IMG/VR virus record: IMGVR_UViG_3300027967_000093
From: a virus
Strand: one strand, 5' to 3'
DNA length: 64,000 nucleotides
In this document: positions 55,997 through 64,000 of the stretch, piece after piece
How positions within the stretch are numbered: the stretch's first letter is position 1
How the letters are laid out: every line of letters starts with the position of its first letter
Position numbers and translations under genes: made by a program
Notes under the pieces: model-generated
Database searches by the model: none
What the model was told of the DNA's origin: nothing
What the model saw: only the letters and a program-made list of their open reading frames with translations

Positions 55997-56155
55997 ATGT
56001 CAGAAAAACAAATACAACGATTGAAGAAAGACCGTAATGAACTTGGATATTATATCCAACGATTACAAAAGAAAGGGAGGAGTGAACTTGCTTATAAACT
56101 CGCGAAAAAGCAGGCATTCCTAAACCAAACAATCGAAGAACAAATGACTCAATAA
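55997..56155 (+). CDS. small coiled-coil protein (52 aa)
   Basis: AAGGAG SD; manual ORF. Confidence 0.6.
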   Translation: MSEKQIQRLKKDRNELGYYIQRLQKKGRSELAYKLAKKQAFLNQTIEEQMTQ

Positions 56156-56227
56156 GGAAGGTGATCTCTATCTCGTGCGGGGGGAGTTATCCCCCCGTAT
56201 CGTTAGACCCTTGGGAATGAAAAACTT

Positions 56228-56464
56228 ATGCCAATATATGAATTTAAAAATAATGAAACCGATGAAGTAGTAGATATCAAATTAAGCATATCCGAGTATG
56301 ACCAATTCTTGGTCGACAATCCTCATCTCACACGGTACTATTCCTCTAGTCCTGGCCTTGTTTCCGGAACAAAATCTGCACTTACGACCGCAGGTTCTGG
56401 ATGGCAAGAATTAATTGGTCGGGTTAAGAAAAGTTCCGGTAAGGACAACACGATAAAAACATGA
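56228..56464 (+). CDS. FmdB-like small protein (cysteines absent)
   Basis: MPIYEF...NPHL; precedes phoH. Confidence 0.65.
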   Translation: MPIYEFKNNETDEVVDIKLSISEYDQFLVDNPHLTRYYSSSPGLVSGTKSALTTAGSGWQELIGRVKKSSGKDNTIKT

Positions 56465-57165
56465 AAAAACAAACTCCTACAAAACCATCTGTGTTAAAGA
56501 TTGACCATCTCTGCACAATAGATCCTATGACTACAAGTCAGGAAACCGTCTTTCGTGCGTGGAAAGAAGGTAACCATATTGTAATGTCGGGTTCAGCAGG
56601 TTCAGGTAAGACCTTTGTCGGTATGTATCTTGCGTTACAAGATGTACTCGACAAGGGGAGTGAATACGAGAAACTGGTTGTCTGTAGGTCTATCGTACCC
56701 ACAAGGGAAATTGGTTTCCTGCCGGGAACACTAGAAGAAAAGATGGATGCGTATACTGGCCCCTATCGTCAGATATGTACCGAACTATTCGAGGATAGAG
56801 AATCCTATGATAAACTGGTTAAGGCAGGTTCGTTGGAGTTTGTGTCTACCTCACATATACGAGGTACCACATACAACGATGCAATCATCGTAGTTGATGA
56901 AATGCAGAACTTGACATTCCACGAGTTAGATAGTATAATTACTCGAGTGGGTAAAAATTGTAAGGTAATCTTCTGTGGAGATTATTACCAGTCCGACTTT
57001 ACTCGGGCAGGTGATAAGAAAGGAATCATCGATTTCTTGCATATTCTAGAACAGATGAATAGATTCACAATAACAGAATTTACATGGGCAGATATAGTAC
57101 GTTCGGACTTCGTGCGTGACTATATAATGACTAAAGAACTTATTTTAAAGGAGAACCCCCAGTGA
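56461..57165 (+). CDS. phoH: PhoH-family ATPase
   Basis: GSAGSGKT, REIGFLPG, RGTT, VDEMQN, TRVG, GDYYQSD, DIVRS. Confidence 0.95.
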   Translation: MKKQTPTKPSVLKIDHLCTIDPMTTSQETVFRAWKEGNHIVMSGSAGSGKTFVGMYLALQDVLDKGSEYEKLVVCRSIVPTREIGFLPGTLEEKMDAYTGPYRQICTELFEDRESYDKLVKAGSLEFVSTSHIRGTTYNDAIIVVDEMQNLTFHELDSIITRVGKNCKVIFCGDYYQSDFTRAGDKKGIIDFLHILEQMNRFTITEFTWADIVRSDFVRDYIMTKELILKENPQ

Positions 57166-57611
57166 ACAGAGAAGCAGTATTTGAACAACTAAAGATAGAC
57201 GAAGGAGTTGTCTATGAGATCTATAATGACCATCTTGGATACGCTACATTTGGCGTTGGGCACTTGGTATTGGAATCTGACCCTGAGTTTGGTCAGGACA
57301 TTGGTACCCCCGTCTCCGAGGAACGAGTCCGAGAGTGTTTCGAAAAAGACCTTGACACCTCAATATCAGAGTGTCACGCTCTATACGGAGAAGGGACATT
57401 TGGAGACTTCCCAGACGAAGTCCAGCAGATATTGGTCAACATGATGTTCAACATGGGTCGTACCCGTCTGAGCAAGTTTAAGAATTTTACAGCCGCTCTT
57501 GAAGAGGGTGACTGGAAAAGGGCGGCGGTAGAGGGACGAGATAGTCTCTGGTATCGTCAAGTAACTAACCGTGCAGAACGGTTGATGGAAAAAATGGAGA
57601 ACGTAAGTTAA
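57162..57611 (+). CDS. T4-type lysozyme (GH24)
   Basis: LKIDEG...IYNDHLGYATFGVGH (E-D-T triad), NMMFNMG, SLWYRQVTNRA. Confidence 0.9.
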   Translation: MNREAVFEQLKIDEGVVYEIYNDHLGYATFGVGHLVLESDPEFGQDIGTPVSEERVRECFEKDLDTSISECHALYGEGTFGDFPDEVQQILVNMMFNMGRTRLSKFKNFTAALEEGDWKRAAVEGRDSLWYRQVTNRAERLMEKMENVS

Positions 57612-57623
57612 TACGTAAGACTC

Positions 57624-57770
57624 ATGGCAAAGTACACTCGTCACGATAGTAGAAACAAGAAACGCAATAAACATAAACAGATGGCCTTGAATGGAAAATC
57701 TGATACACGAAAAGTGAGAAGTAATGAGAAACGCGATTTTTCAATATATGATTGTCAACGACAAAGTTGA
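57624..57770 (+). CDS. small basic protein
   Basis: Manual ORF MAKYTRHDSRNKKRNKHK... Confidence 0.45.
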   Translation: MAKYTRHDSRNKKRNKHKQMALNGKSDTRKVRSNEKRDFSIYDCQRQS

Positions 57771-58542
57771 TGAACGTGGTGAAATAGAAGGTAGAAAAAG
57801 AAGTCAGGTCTATCAAGAATGTGCAGATATATCTCGTAACTCTTTTGCACAGTATGCAGACCACGTAGATGCGGATTATCACTATTCTGATGAAGCGGTA
57901 TACTGTAAGGATGACAACTCTACTGCAATACTATTTGAATGTTTGCGTGTAATCTACGATCCGATGTTCGACCAGTACGACAAGGTGCTCTTTGCCGATA
58001 CCGACATAGTAGTAAACACCGATGAAAACATCTTCGACCTCTGTGAAGACGGAGATGTTTTCGGTGTACTTGAGAGTGATATTGTCACTGCCAGTGGTGG
58101 TGGATATAACTCTTGGGATTATAAAAAAAGTACCTACATGGAATTTGTGAAGAAGTTCCAGATGCACGATGTTCCTATCGTACCATCACTACCCCCTAGT
58201 AGACCATCCAAGTTGACTATACTAAACACTGGTGTGGTCGTATGGACACGCGAGGCACGTCTACGTGCGCGTGAGTTGTTCATGCCTTGGAAGGAATGGT
58301 TCTACGCGAAACCCGAATTCCACATGTCTATAATGAATGACCAACCTTTCATCTCTGGACAGTTGATGAAACACGACTTCGATTTGGTCACCATAGACCA
58401 GACATGGAATGATTCCCCCCACTACGCTACCGAAGAAGAGTTCTTTGAAAAGGCGAAGATGTGTCACTATACTGGTGGAGGATGGAAAATCCTCATGCTA
58501 GACCACTATCACTCAAATAAATTCCGACTATTACCGAAATAA
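57724..58542 (+). CDS. GT-A glycosyltransferase (paralog family A)
   Basis: IFQY, YADHVDADY, YDKVLFADTD, LNTGVVV, DQPF. Confidence 0.75.
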   Translation: MRNAIFQYMIVNDKVDERGEIEGRKRSQVYQECADISRNSFAQYADHVDADYHYSDEAVYCKDDNSTAILFECLRVIYDPMFDQYDKVLFADTDIVVNTDENIFDLCEDGDVFGVLESDIVTASGGGYNSWDYKKSTYMEFVKKFQMHDVPIVPSLPPSRPSKLTILNTGVVVWTREARLRARELFMPWKEWFYAKPEFHMSIMNDQPFISGQLMKHDFDLVTIDQTWNDSPHYATEEEFFEKAKMCHYTGGGWKILMLDHYHSNKFRLLPK

Positions 58543-58555
58543 ATGTAGAAAACAC

Positions 58556-58584
58556 TTGACTTCTTGTTATGATAATGAGATAAT
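58556..58584 (+). promoter_or_regulatory. phage early promoter, copy 9
   Basis: TTGACTTCTTGTTATGATAATGAGATAAT. Confidence 0.85.
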
Positions 58585-58614
58585 GGGTACCTAATTGAGA
58601 GAGAGGTGTTTATT

Positions 58615-58794
58615 ATGACTTATTATGAAACTGTCGCAAAGATGATTGAACTGATTCGTAAGGATAACGATAATCCACATTATGCAATTGGTTACCTTGA
58701 AAGTATGATGGGAGCTCTATGTAGGAGATATCCCGAAGTTCTTGAAGAAGTTATTAGTACTATTGATTATTTTGAAAGTAAGGAAGTAGAGTGA
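58615..58794 (+). CDS. early hypothetical protein
   Basis: YAIGYLESM; GAGG SD. Confidence 0.65.
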   Translation: MTYYETVAKMIELIRKDNDNPHYAIGYLESMMGALCRRYPEVLEEVISTIDYFESKEVE

Positions 58795-59372
58795 ATAAAG
58801 AAAATGTAATATTGACAGACATCGATGGTGTAGTTCTTAACTGGTTCTACGCATTCGATATCTGGATGAACGAACACGGTCACAAGTTAGCTGACCCAAC
58901 AAACCTAGTCTATGATGTCAGTGAAGCCTATGGTATTGACAAGGCGACAGGTAAGATGTTAGTCCGTATGTTTAACGAGAGTGCCCATGTCGGGTTCCTT
59001 CCCCCACTACGTGATGCAATGCATTACATGAAGAAGTTGCACGAAGAACATGGTTATGTGTTCCATGCGATTACTAGTCTGAGTGATAACCCCAACGCAC
59101 AGAAGTTGCGTATCCTAAACCTTCAGAAGTTGTTCGGTGAGACTTTGTTTGAGAAGTTCATTATCCTTGGTTGTGGTGATGACAAAGACGAAGCGTTAGA
59201 ACCTTACCGTGACACCGAATGTCTATGGGTAGAAGATAAACCTGAGAATGCCGAACTAGGTGTTGAACTTGGTCTGGAGAGTGTGTTGATGGAACATGGT
59301 TTCAACATGAACCACCCAACTATCCCTTGCATGAAAAACTGGAAAGAGATCTACGAAAAACTGGTTGGTTAA
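58791..59372 (+). CDS. HAD-superfamily 5'(3')-deoxyribonucleotidase-like protein
   Basis: LTDIDGVV (DxDG), AITS, WVEDK..N. Confidence 0.8.
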   Translation: MNKENVILTDIDGVVLNWFYAFDIWMNEHGHKLADPTNLVYDVSEAYGIDKATGKMLVRMFNESAHVGFLPPLRDAMHYMKKLHEEHGYVFHAITSLSDNPNAQKLRILNLQKLFGETLFEKFIILGCGDDKDEALEPYRDTECLWVEDKPENAELGVELGLESVLMEHGFNMNHPTIPCMKNWKEIYEKLVG

Positions 59373-59418
59373 TCATATGATATATAACCTCGAGATTAAA
59401 TTTAATTGAGAGGTTATA

Positions 59419-60918
59419 ATGCGCTTTACTGGATTCAGTGAGTATTATCATGATGCAGCACTGACTGTAATTAACGAAGATGGTGTGGTGGAGTTTGCTT
59501 CCCATGCCGAACGTTATTCTAAAAAGAAAAACGACCCCATTATACCAGATTCTCTCTGGGAAGAAAATGTTCTTGATGACGACCACCTGTCATTCTACGA
59601 GAACATCGACAGTAAAAAAACCTACCGAAAAAACATGGCCGGAAAAGATGGTAAACATTTTCAAGGACGGTCGGTCACTACACAATCCGAAATACCTGTA
59701 TATGAGTCCCTTGCATATGATGTTTGTTATGACCACCATGTATCACATTGTGCGACAGCATTCTACACTAGACCATGGGAGTCTACCGAAGATACCGTAA
59801 TGGTCTCTATCGATGGTGTGGGTGAGTATCAGACCGCAGTCATCCTAGATAGTCAATTCAACTTAATCGAAGAGTGGCACTATCCCAAGTCTATTGGACT
59901 AGTCTACACAACTGCCACTAAAGTGTTGGGCTTGCGTCCACTTGAGGATGAGTATGTCGTTATGGGATTATCCTCATACGGTACCGCACCTAAAGAGATG
60001 GTTGACTGGTTGATTGACTGGTGGGAGAACACCCCTAATATCGCACCAGAAATCGCTCTAAAACAAGTCATTGATATAAAGGGTAGTGAGAGTTGGGGTC
60101 GTGGTGCAGACATGCGCAGTAAACTCAAAGATTGGGGTAACAAGTACGAAGACAAAGACTTTGCGGCTGGTATCCAGAAATTTGCAGAGTATGGAATTAT
60201 GCAAATAATGCATATTGCACGACAACACGGTTCTAAGTTGGTCTATGGTGGAGGATGTGCACAGAATGTTGTTATCAATTCAATGATACATGAACTGTTT
60301 GATGACATGCATATATCGGTATCACCTACTGATGCAGGTTCTTCTCTGGGTGCAGCTGCACTGTCATGGTCAAAGGAAACGGGTAAGGATAGACTTGAGT
60401 GGACACCTTATCTTGGTTACAACATTGACAGAGAGATAGACCCCAAGGAAGTAGTCGATCACCTCTTAGAACACGGTGTGTGTGGTCTGGCGAACGGTAG
60501 GGCGGAGTTTGGCCCCCGTGCACTGGGTAACAGGTCTCTTATTGCAGACGTTAGATATGACGTTAAGGATACGGTCAACACAATCAAACGTAGACAGAAG
60601 TATCGTCCGTTCGCACCTGCAATCCTTGCTGAACATGCACATGACTATTTCGAAGGGCCTATGAACGAGTACATGCAGTACACGTCTATAGCAAAACATC
60701 CATACGAGTCAGTGACTCACGTTGATGGGACTGCACGAGTGCAATTAGTACAACCTGACTGTCCAAGTATCTTCCGTAAGATAATTGAAGAGTACTATGC
60801 GCGTACAGGTATCCCTATGTTACTCAACACTTCATTGAATATCAGGGGAAGACCTATGGTGAACGATGAACATGATGCTGAATTGTGGGAACAAAAGTAC
60901 GGGGTAAAAGTGTTTTAA
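59419..60918 (+). CDS. carbamoyltransferase (NodU/CmcH family)
   Basis: HDAA, HHVSH..AFY, IDGVGE, GGCAQN, EFGPRALGNRS, RPFAP, HVDGTARVQ, LLNTSLN. Confidence 0.93.
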   Translation: MRFTGFSEYYHDAALTVINEDGVVEFASHAERYSKKKNDPIIPDSLWEENVLDDDHLSFYENIDSKKTYRKNMAGKDGKHFQGRSVTTQSEIPVYESLAYDVCYDHHVSHCATAFYTRPWESTEDTVMVSIDGVGEYQTAVILDSQFNLIEEWHYPKSIGLVYTTATKVLGLRPLEDEYVVMGLSSYGTAPKEMVDWLIDWWENTPNIAPEIALKQVIDIKGSESWGRGADMRSKLKDWGNKYEDKDFAAGIQKFAEYGIMQIMHIARQHGSKLVYGGGCAQNVVINSMIHELFDDMHISVSPTDAGSSLGAAALSWSKETGKDRLEWTPYLGYNIDREIDPKEVVDHLLEHGVCGLANGRAEFGPRALGNRSLIADVRYDVKDTVNTIKRRQKYRPFAPAILAEHAHDYFEGPMNEYMQYTSIAKHPYESVTHVDGTARVQLVQPDCPSIFRKIIEEYYARTGIPMLLNTSLNIRGRPMVNDEHDAELWEQKYGVKVF

Positions 60919-60926
60919 TATAAATA
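60919..60926 (+). promoter_or_regulatory. T4-type late promoter
   Basis: TATAAATA, intergenic. Confidence 0.7.
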
Positions 60927-60962
60927 CCATTACTAATAACTACAATAATAAGGGTATAAGTA

Positions 60963-61307
60963 ATGGTAGATAAAACGCAGATTACAGTAGACAGCGATGG
61001 TTCACTGGCTGGTGCAGATCTAGATGGAGATGGACACATCACCGAACAGGAACTCAAGATGCACCTTGAGTTTAAACGTAAAGAGTTAGAGGATGCGGAC
61101 GCAATGCGTGATGCACAAAGGAACATGGCTTGGTTCGCATTGACTGGTATGTTACTATACCCGTTTGCAGTAGTCCTTGCATCCGTGATTGGATTGGACA
61201 GTGCAGCGAAAATCCTTGGTGATATGGCCGCGACCTACTTTGTTTCTGTTGCCGCAATCGTAATGGGGTTCTATGGTAAAGAGGCTCTCGCAAATAAAGG
61301 TAAATGA
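60963..61307 (+). CDS. EF-hand-containing 2-TM membrane protein (holin-like)
   Basis: DLDGDGHITEQE loop, then two TM helices and a basic tail. Confidence 0.6.
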   Translation: MVDKTQITVDSDGSLAGADLDGDGHITEQELKMHLEFKRKELEDADAMRDAQRNMAWFALTGMLLYPFAVVLASVIGLDSAAKILGDMAATYFVSVAAIVMGFYGKEALANKGK

Positions 61308-62167
61308 TGGAATTAATAACTTGGCGTGGTACGCCAGGAGTAGGTGACTTTATGTGGGCGCTTAATTGCGCCCACAATTATTGTTATCATAATAACATAA
61401 AGGTCAACCTAGAATTTCATTGGGAACATGATGAGAAACACTTACATCATTTCGAAGACCCCGAGACAATAATCGAACGTCTCGAATATCTACACAACTT
61501 CTATCATCGCAAAGATGATGTCACAGTAACACACGTATTCAATTCTGACGGACGATACACGGACTGGAGTTACAACGATGACTTGGTTCCGGAAGATGAT
61601 GGTAGTATCCGTATCGCAGCCATACGTAGACCTAATAAGTCACGGTTCTGGTTTCAGAGTGGCGCATACTCGGACAAAGAAGGTTCGGGTGCACCTGACC
61701 CCAACTGGATATTCCGAGAAGACGCATTCCGAGAGATAGACAAAAATAAGATTGTTATATGGAGACCTACGTTTAATGCAGAGGTTCCTAGGACTTGGAA
61801 AAGACAGTTGACAAATGATGATTGGGATGATATAATAAGCTTACTGCGTCAGGGAGGATTATATGTAGTAGAATTGACTTACAGAACACCAGTAAGTGAA
61901 GCATTACATCACATCTCTACGTGCAGAATGATACTGTCTTATGATGGTATGTGGCATTACATAGCACGTAATCTATGTAGACCTATGGTAGTGGTCAGTA
62001 CTGAAGGAATCACTAAATACCATACTCCGAACTGTGTACGTGCGAGTCCGGATAAGAATCAAGACACCAATATATTCTGGTGGATGAATAATATTCGAGA
62101 CATGTTAGGCCACAGTAAGAAGAAAGCAATAGAATTTGAACAAATAATGAGAGAATATCATGGGTGA
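61304..62167 (+). CDS. GT-B/GT9-like glycosyltransferase
   Basis: GVGDF near N-terminus, WKR, SYDGMWHYIA...RPMVV. Confidence 0.55.
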   Translation: MMELITWRGTPGVGDFMWALNCAHNYCYHNNIKVNLEFHWEHDEKHLHHFEDPETIIERLEYLHNFYHRKDDVTVTHVFNSDGRYTDWSYNDDLVPEDDGSIRIAAIRRPNKSRFWFQSGAYSDKEGSGAPDPNWIFREDAFREIDKNKIVIWRPTFNAEVPRTWKRQLTNDDWDDIISLLRQGGLYVVELTYRTPVSEALHHISTCRMILSYDGMWHYIARNLCRPMVVVSTEGITKYHTPNCVRASPDKNQDTNIFWWMNNIRDMLGHSKKKAIEFEQIMREYHG

Positions 62168-63137
62168 AATAAATATAGACAGAGCGGTAATTGAAGTACA
62201 GGGCGGCTGTAATTTTGATTGTACAATGTGTCCTCAAGATAAACGTACCGGAGGTAGACACAAAGGTTTCCTAACCAAGATGTCACTGATAGAGTTTGAA
62301 GATAATGTGAGAGACTGTGCACAACATGGACTGAATGTTGTCAACCTAGATGGTTCGGGTGAAGCAACCATGAATCGCAACCTACCCGAATACATTAAGA
62401 TAGTTAAGAGATACGGTGCGCAAGCAGTCATCTTCTCTAATGGTTTTCGTATGCACGGTCAATTCATGAAGGATTGTGTGGACGCAGGATTGGACTTCTT
62501 CCGATTCTCTTTCGTTGGGTCTACTCCTGAGAAGTATGATGAGTGGATGCATAACACACGTGGTAGTAACTATCATCTGATTAAAAAGAATATAACAGAA
62601 ATGATTGATTACGTAAAAGCAACCGAATCTGATTGCGTGGTAGAGACGTACCATCTCATCACCGATAATAATAATATTGAAGAAGAACTAGAACAGTACA
62701 AAGAACTAGTAGAAGAACTTGGTTGCAAGACTGAGATATGGAAAATGCATAACTGGAGTGGCGCATATGATATTGGAGATAATGCAAGAACCGGAGACAT
62801 CAAAACTTGTGGTCGCCCTTTTTCTCCTGACGTTGTTATCCGTGCTGGTGGGTTGGATGGCCATCGTGGTGCAGTTCATCCGTGCTGCCAAGTACTTGGT
62901 CGAGATGAAGAAGCAGTCCTTGGACACACCTCAGTCAATACCATCGAAGAAATAATCCGAGGAGAAGAGTACTCTGCGTTACGAGAGTCTCATAGAACCG
63001 GAGAGTATACCAACTACTGTAAAGGTTGTGATTTTTTACTTGACACTCCGGAGACATTGGTGTATACTAATAATTCTAGAGCTGAAATGAAGATGATTGG
63101 TACTAGTTTTGACCTTAATGATTATAGGAATGTTTAG
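62160..63137 (+). CDS. radical SAM protein with SPASM/twitch domain
   Basis: CNFDCTMC, GSGEA, SNG, C-terminal C...PCC...CKGC. Confidence 0.9.
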   Translation: MGEINIDRAVIEVQGGCNFDCTMCPQDKRTGGRHKGFLTKMSLIEFEDNVRDCAQHGLNVVNLDGSGEATMNRNLPEYIKIVKRYGAQAVIFSNGFRMHGQFMKDCVDAGLDFFRFSFVGSTPEKYDEWMHNTRGSNYHLIKKNITEMIDYVKATESDCVVETYHLITDNNNIEEELEQYKELVEELGCKTEIWKMHNWSGAYDIGDNARTGDIKTCGRPFSPDVVIRAGGLDGHRGAVHPCCQVLGRDEEAVLGHTSVNTIEEIIRGEEYSALRESHRTGEYTNYCKGCDFLLDTPETLVYTNNSRAEMKMIGTSFDLNDYRNV

Positions 63138-63931
63138 TGAAAAGATTAATATATCAGGTTTGTCTGGGACGACAGACCGATTCTAAGTTGTACAAGACGT
63201 GTATCGATAGTGTTGCAGAGTACGCAGAACGTCATGGTATCGAACATCGTGTTCAACGTACACCTATTCTCAAGATAAAACCAGACCCTTTCACCAGTAA
63301 TCGAAGTACTGATAGTTGGCAGAAACATGGTGGGTTCTTACCTATCTATGAGAAAGAGAATGCGTTTGACTTACTTGATGAGTATGACCAGATTGCAATC
63401 ATCGATGCAGACATTTATATTCGTGAAGACGCACCAAACATCTTTGATGAAATGGAAGATGATAAAGCATGGGGTTCAGTTGTAGAACGTGAGATGCCTA
63501 TCACTGAGAAGTACAAACAGAAGATTACTAATTACTCACATATGCAGTATCAAACACTTCATACTATAACAAGTTTTAAACCGAACAATCTTGGTTATGA
63601 ATTCTTTAACATGGGTATGATTGTACTGAACTGTAAGAACTTTAAACCATATCTGAATGGCGATGATGCTAAGACGTTTATTAATCGTATGGAGTTTAAG
63701 TCATTTGTTGATGGTAGAGGTGCATGGAAGTGGTCGACAGACCAGACACTTCTAAACTACTTCTTGAAAAGGTATGAAGTACCTGTACAACACTTATCGC
63801 ACGTATGGAATGGATTGTACGGTGCAAACACTAAGATTGAAGAATGTCACTTCGTACACTTCTTTCTAAAAGACTTACTACCCGACAAGGGCGAGAACGT
63901 AACACAATTAATGAAGGACATTAAAGCATAA
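63137..63931 (+). CDS. GT-A glycosyltransferase (paralog family A)
   Basis: IYQV, YAERHG, YDQIAIIDAD, FNMGMIV, TDQTLLNY. Confidence 0.75.
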   Translation: MKRLIYQVCLGRQTDSKLYKTCIDSVAEYAERHGIEHRVQRTPILKIKPDPFTSNRSTDSWQKHGGFLPIYEKENAFDLLDEYDQIAIIDADIYIREDAPNIFDEMEDDKAWGSVVEREMPITEKYKQKITNYSHMQYQTLHTITSFKPNNLGYEFFNMGMIVLNCKNFKPYLNGDDAKTFINRMEFKSFVDGRGAWKWSTDQTLLNYFLKRYEVPVQHLSHVWNGLYGANTKIEECHFVHFFLKDLLPDKGENVTQLMKDIKA

Positions 63932-64000
63932 TGATTGACGCATATATTATTAGGATTGACAACAACGGCAAACAAACGGAAGGGGCCGCCAGTTGTCTTG
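63931..64000 (+). CDS. start of next ORF (partial, possibly GT25-like)
   Basis: TAATG-coupled MIDAYIIRID...; runs off the window. Confidence 0.45.
   Translation, partial: MIDAYIIRIDNNGKQTEGAASCL

Noticed and set aside
1-64000. Alternative genetic code or stop-codon recoding
   Set aside because: Core genes are full length in the standard code, all three stop codons are used, and there is no suppressor tRNA.

Overview
This 64-kb window is a segment of a large T4-like (myovirus-type) phage genome, probably marine and infecting a proteobacterium (inferred from the gene content and sigma70-type promoters). Essentially all genes lie on the + strand. It contains: (1) the T4-type replication block: end of gp45, gp44, gp62, regA, gp43, uvsX, gp41, dsbA; (2) nucleotide-metabolism genes: NTP pyrophosphatase, dCMP deaminase, thyX, nrdA with a fused glutaredoxin, nrdB, HAD nucleotidase, phoH; (3) two tRNAs, a peroxiredoxin, and hsp20 with a ROSE-like leader; (4) a large glycan-tailoring set: UDP-glucose dehydrogenase, UDP-glucuronate epimerase, several glycosyltransferases, sulfotransferases, SGNH proteins, a methyltransferase, a carbamoyltransferase and a radical SAM protein; (5) a variable early region driven by 9 copies of a phage-specific promoter; (6) a late block of probable internal-head proteins, and a T4-type lysozyme. 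The three best candidates for undescribed biology are: (a) a late-promoter six-gene operon of exported proteins that includes a pilin-like subunit and a PapD-like chaperone but no usher (24.0-27.3 kb); (b) a strict sequence-context rule in which CCNGG and GGNCC occur only when they overlap a GpC step, pointing to a GpC-directed DNA modification, with uronic-acid sugar-nucleotide genes embedded in the replication block; (c) a set of capsid-targeted, probably injected proteins or polyproteins carrying nucleotidyltransferase-, ligase-, nuclease- and RNase-like modules (37.8-45.6 kb). All family assignments come from motifs recognised by eye, not database searches.
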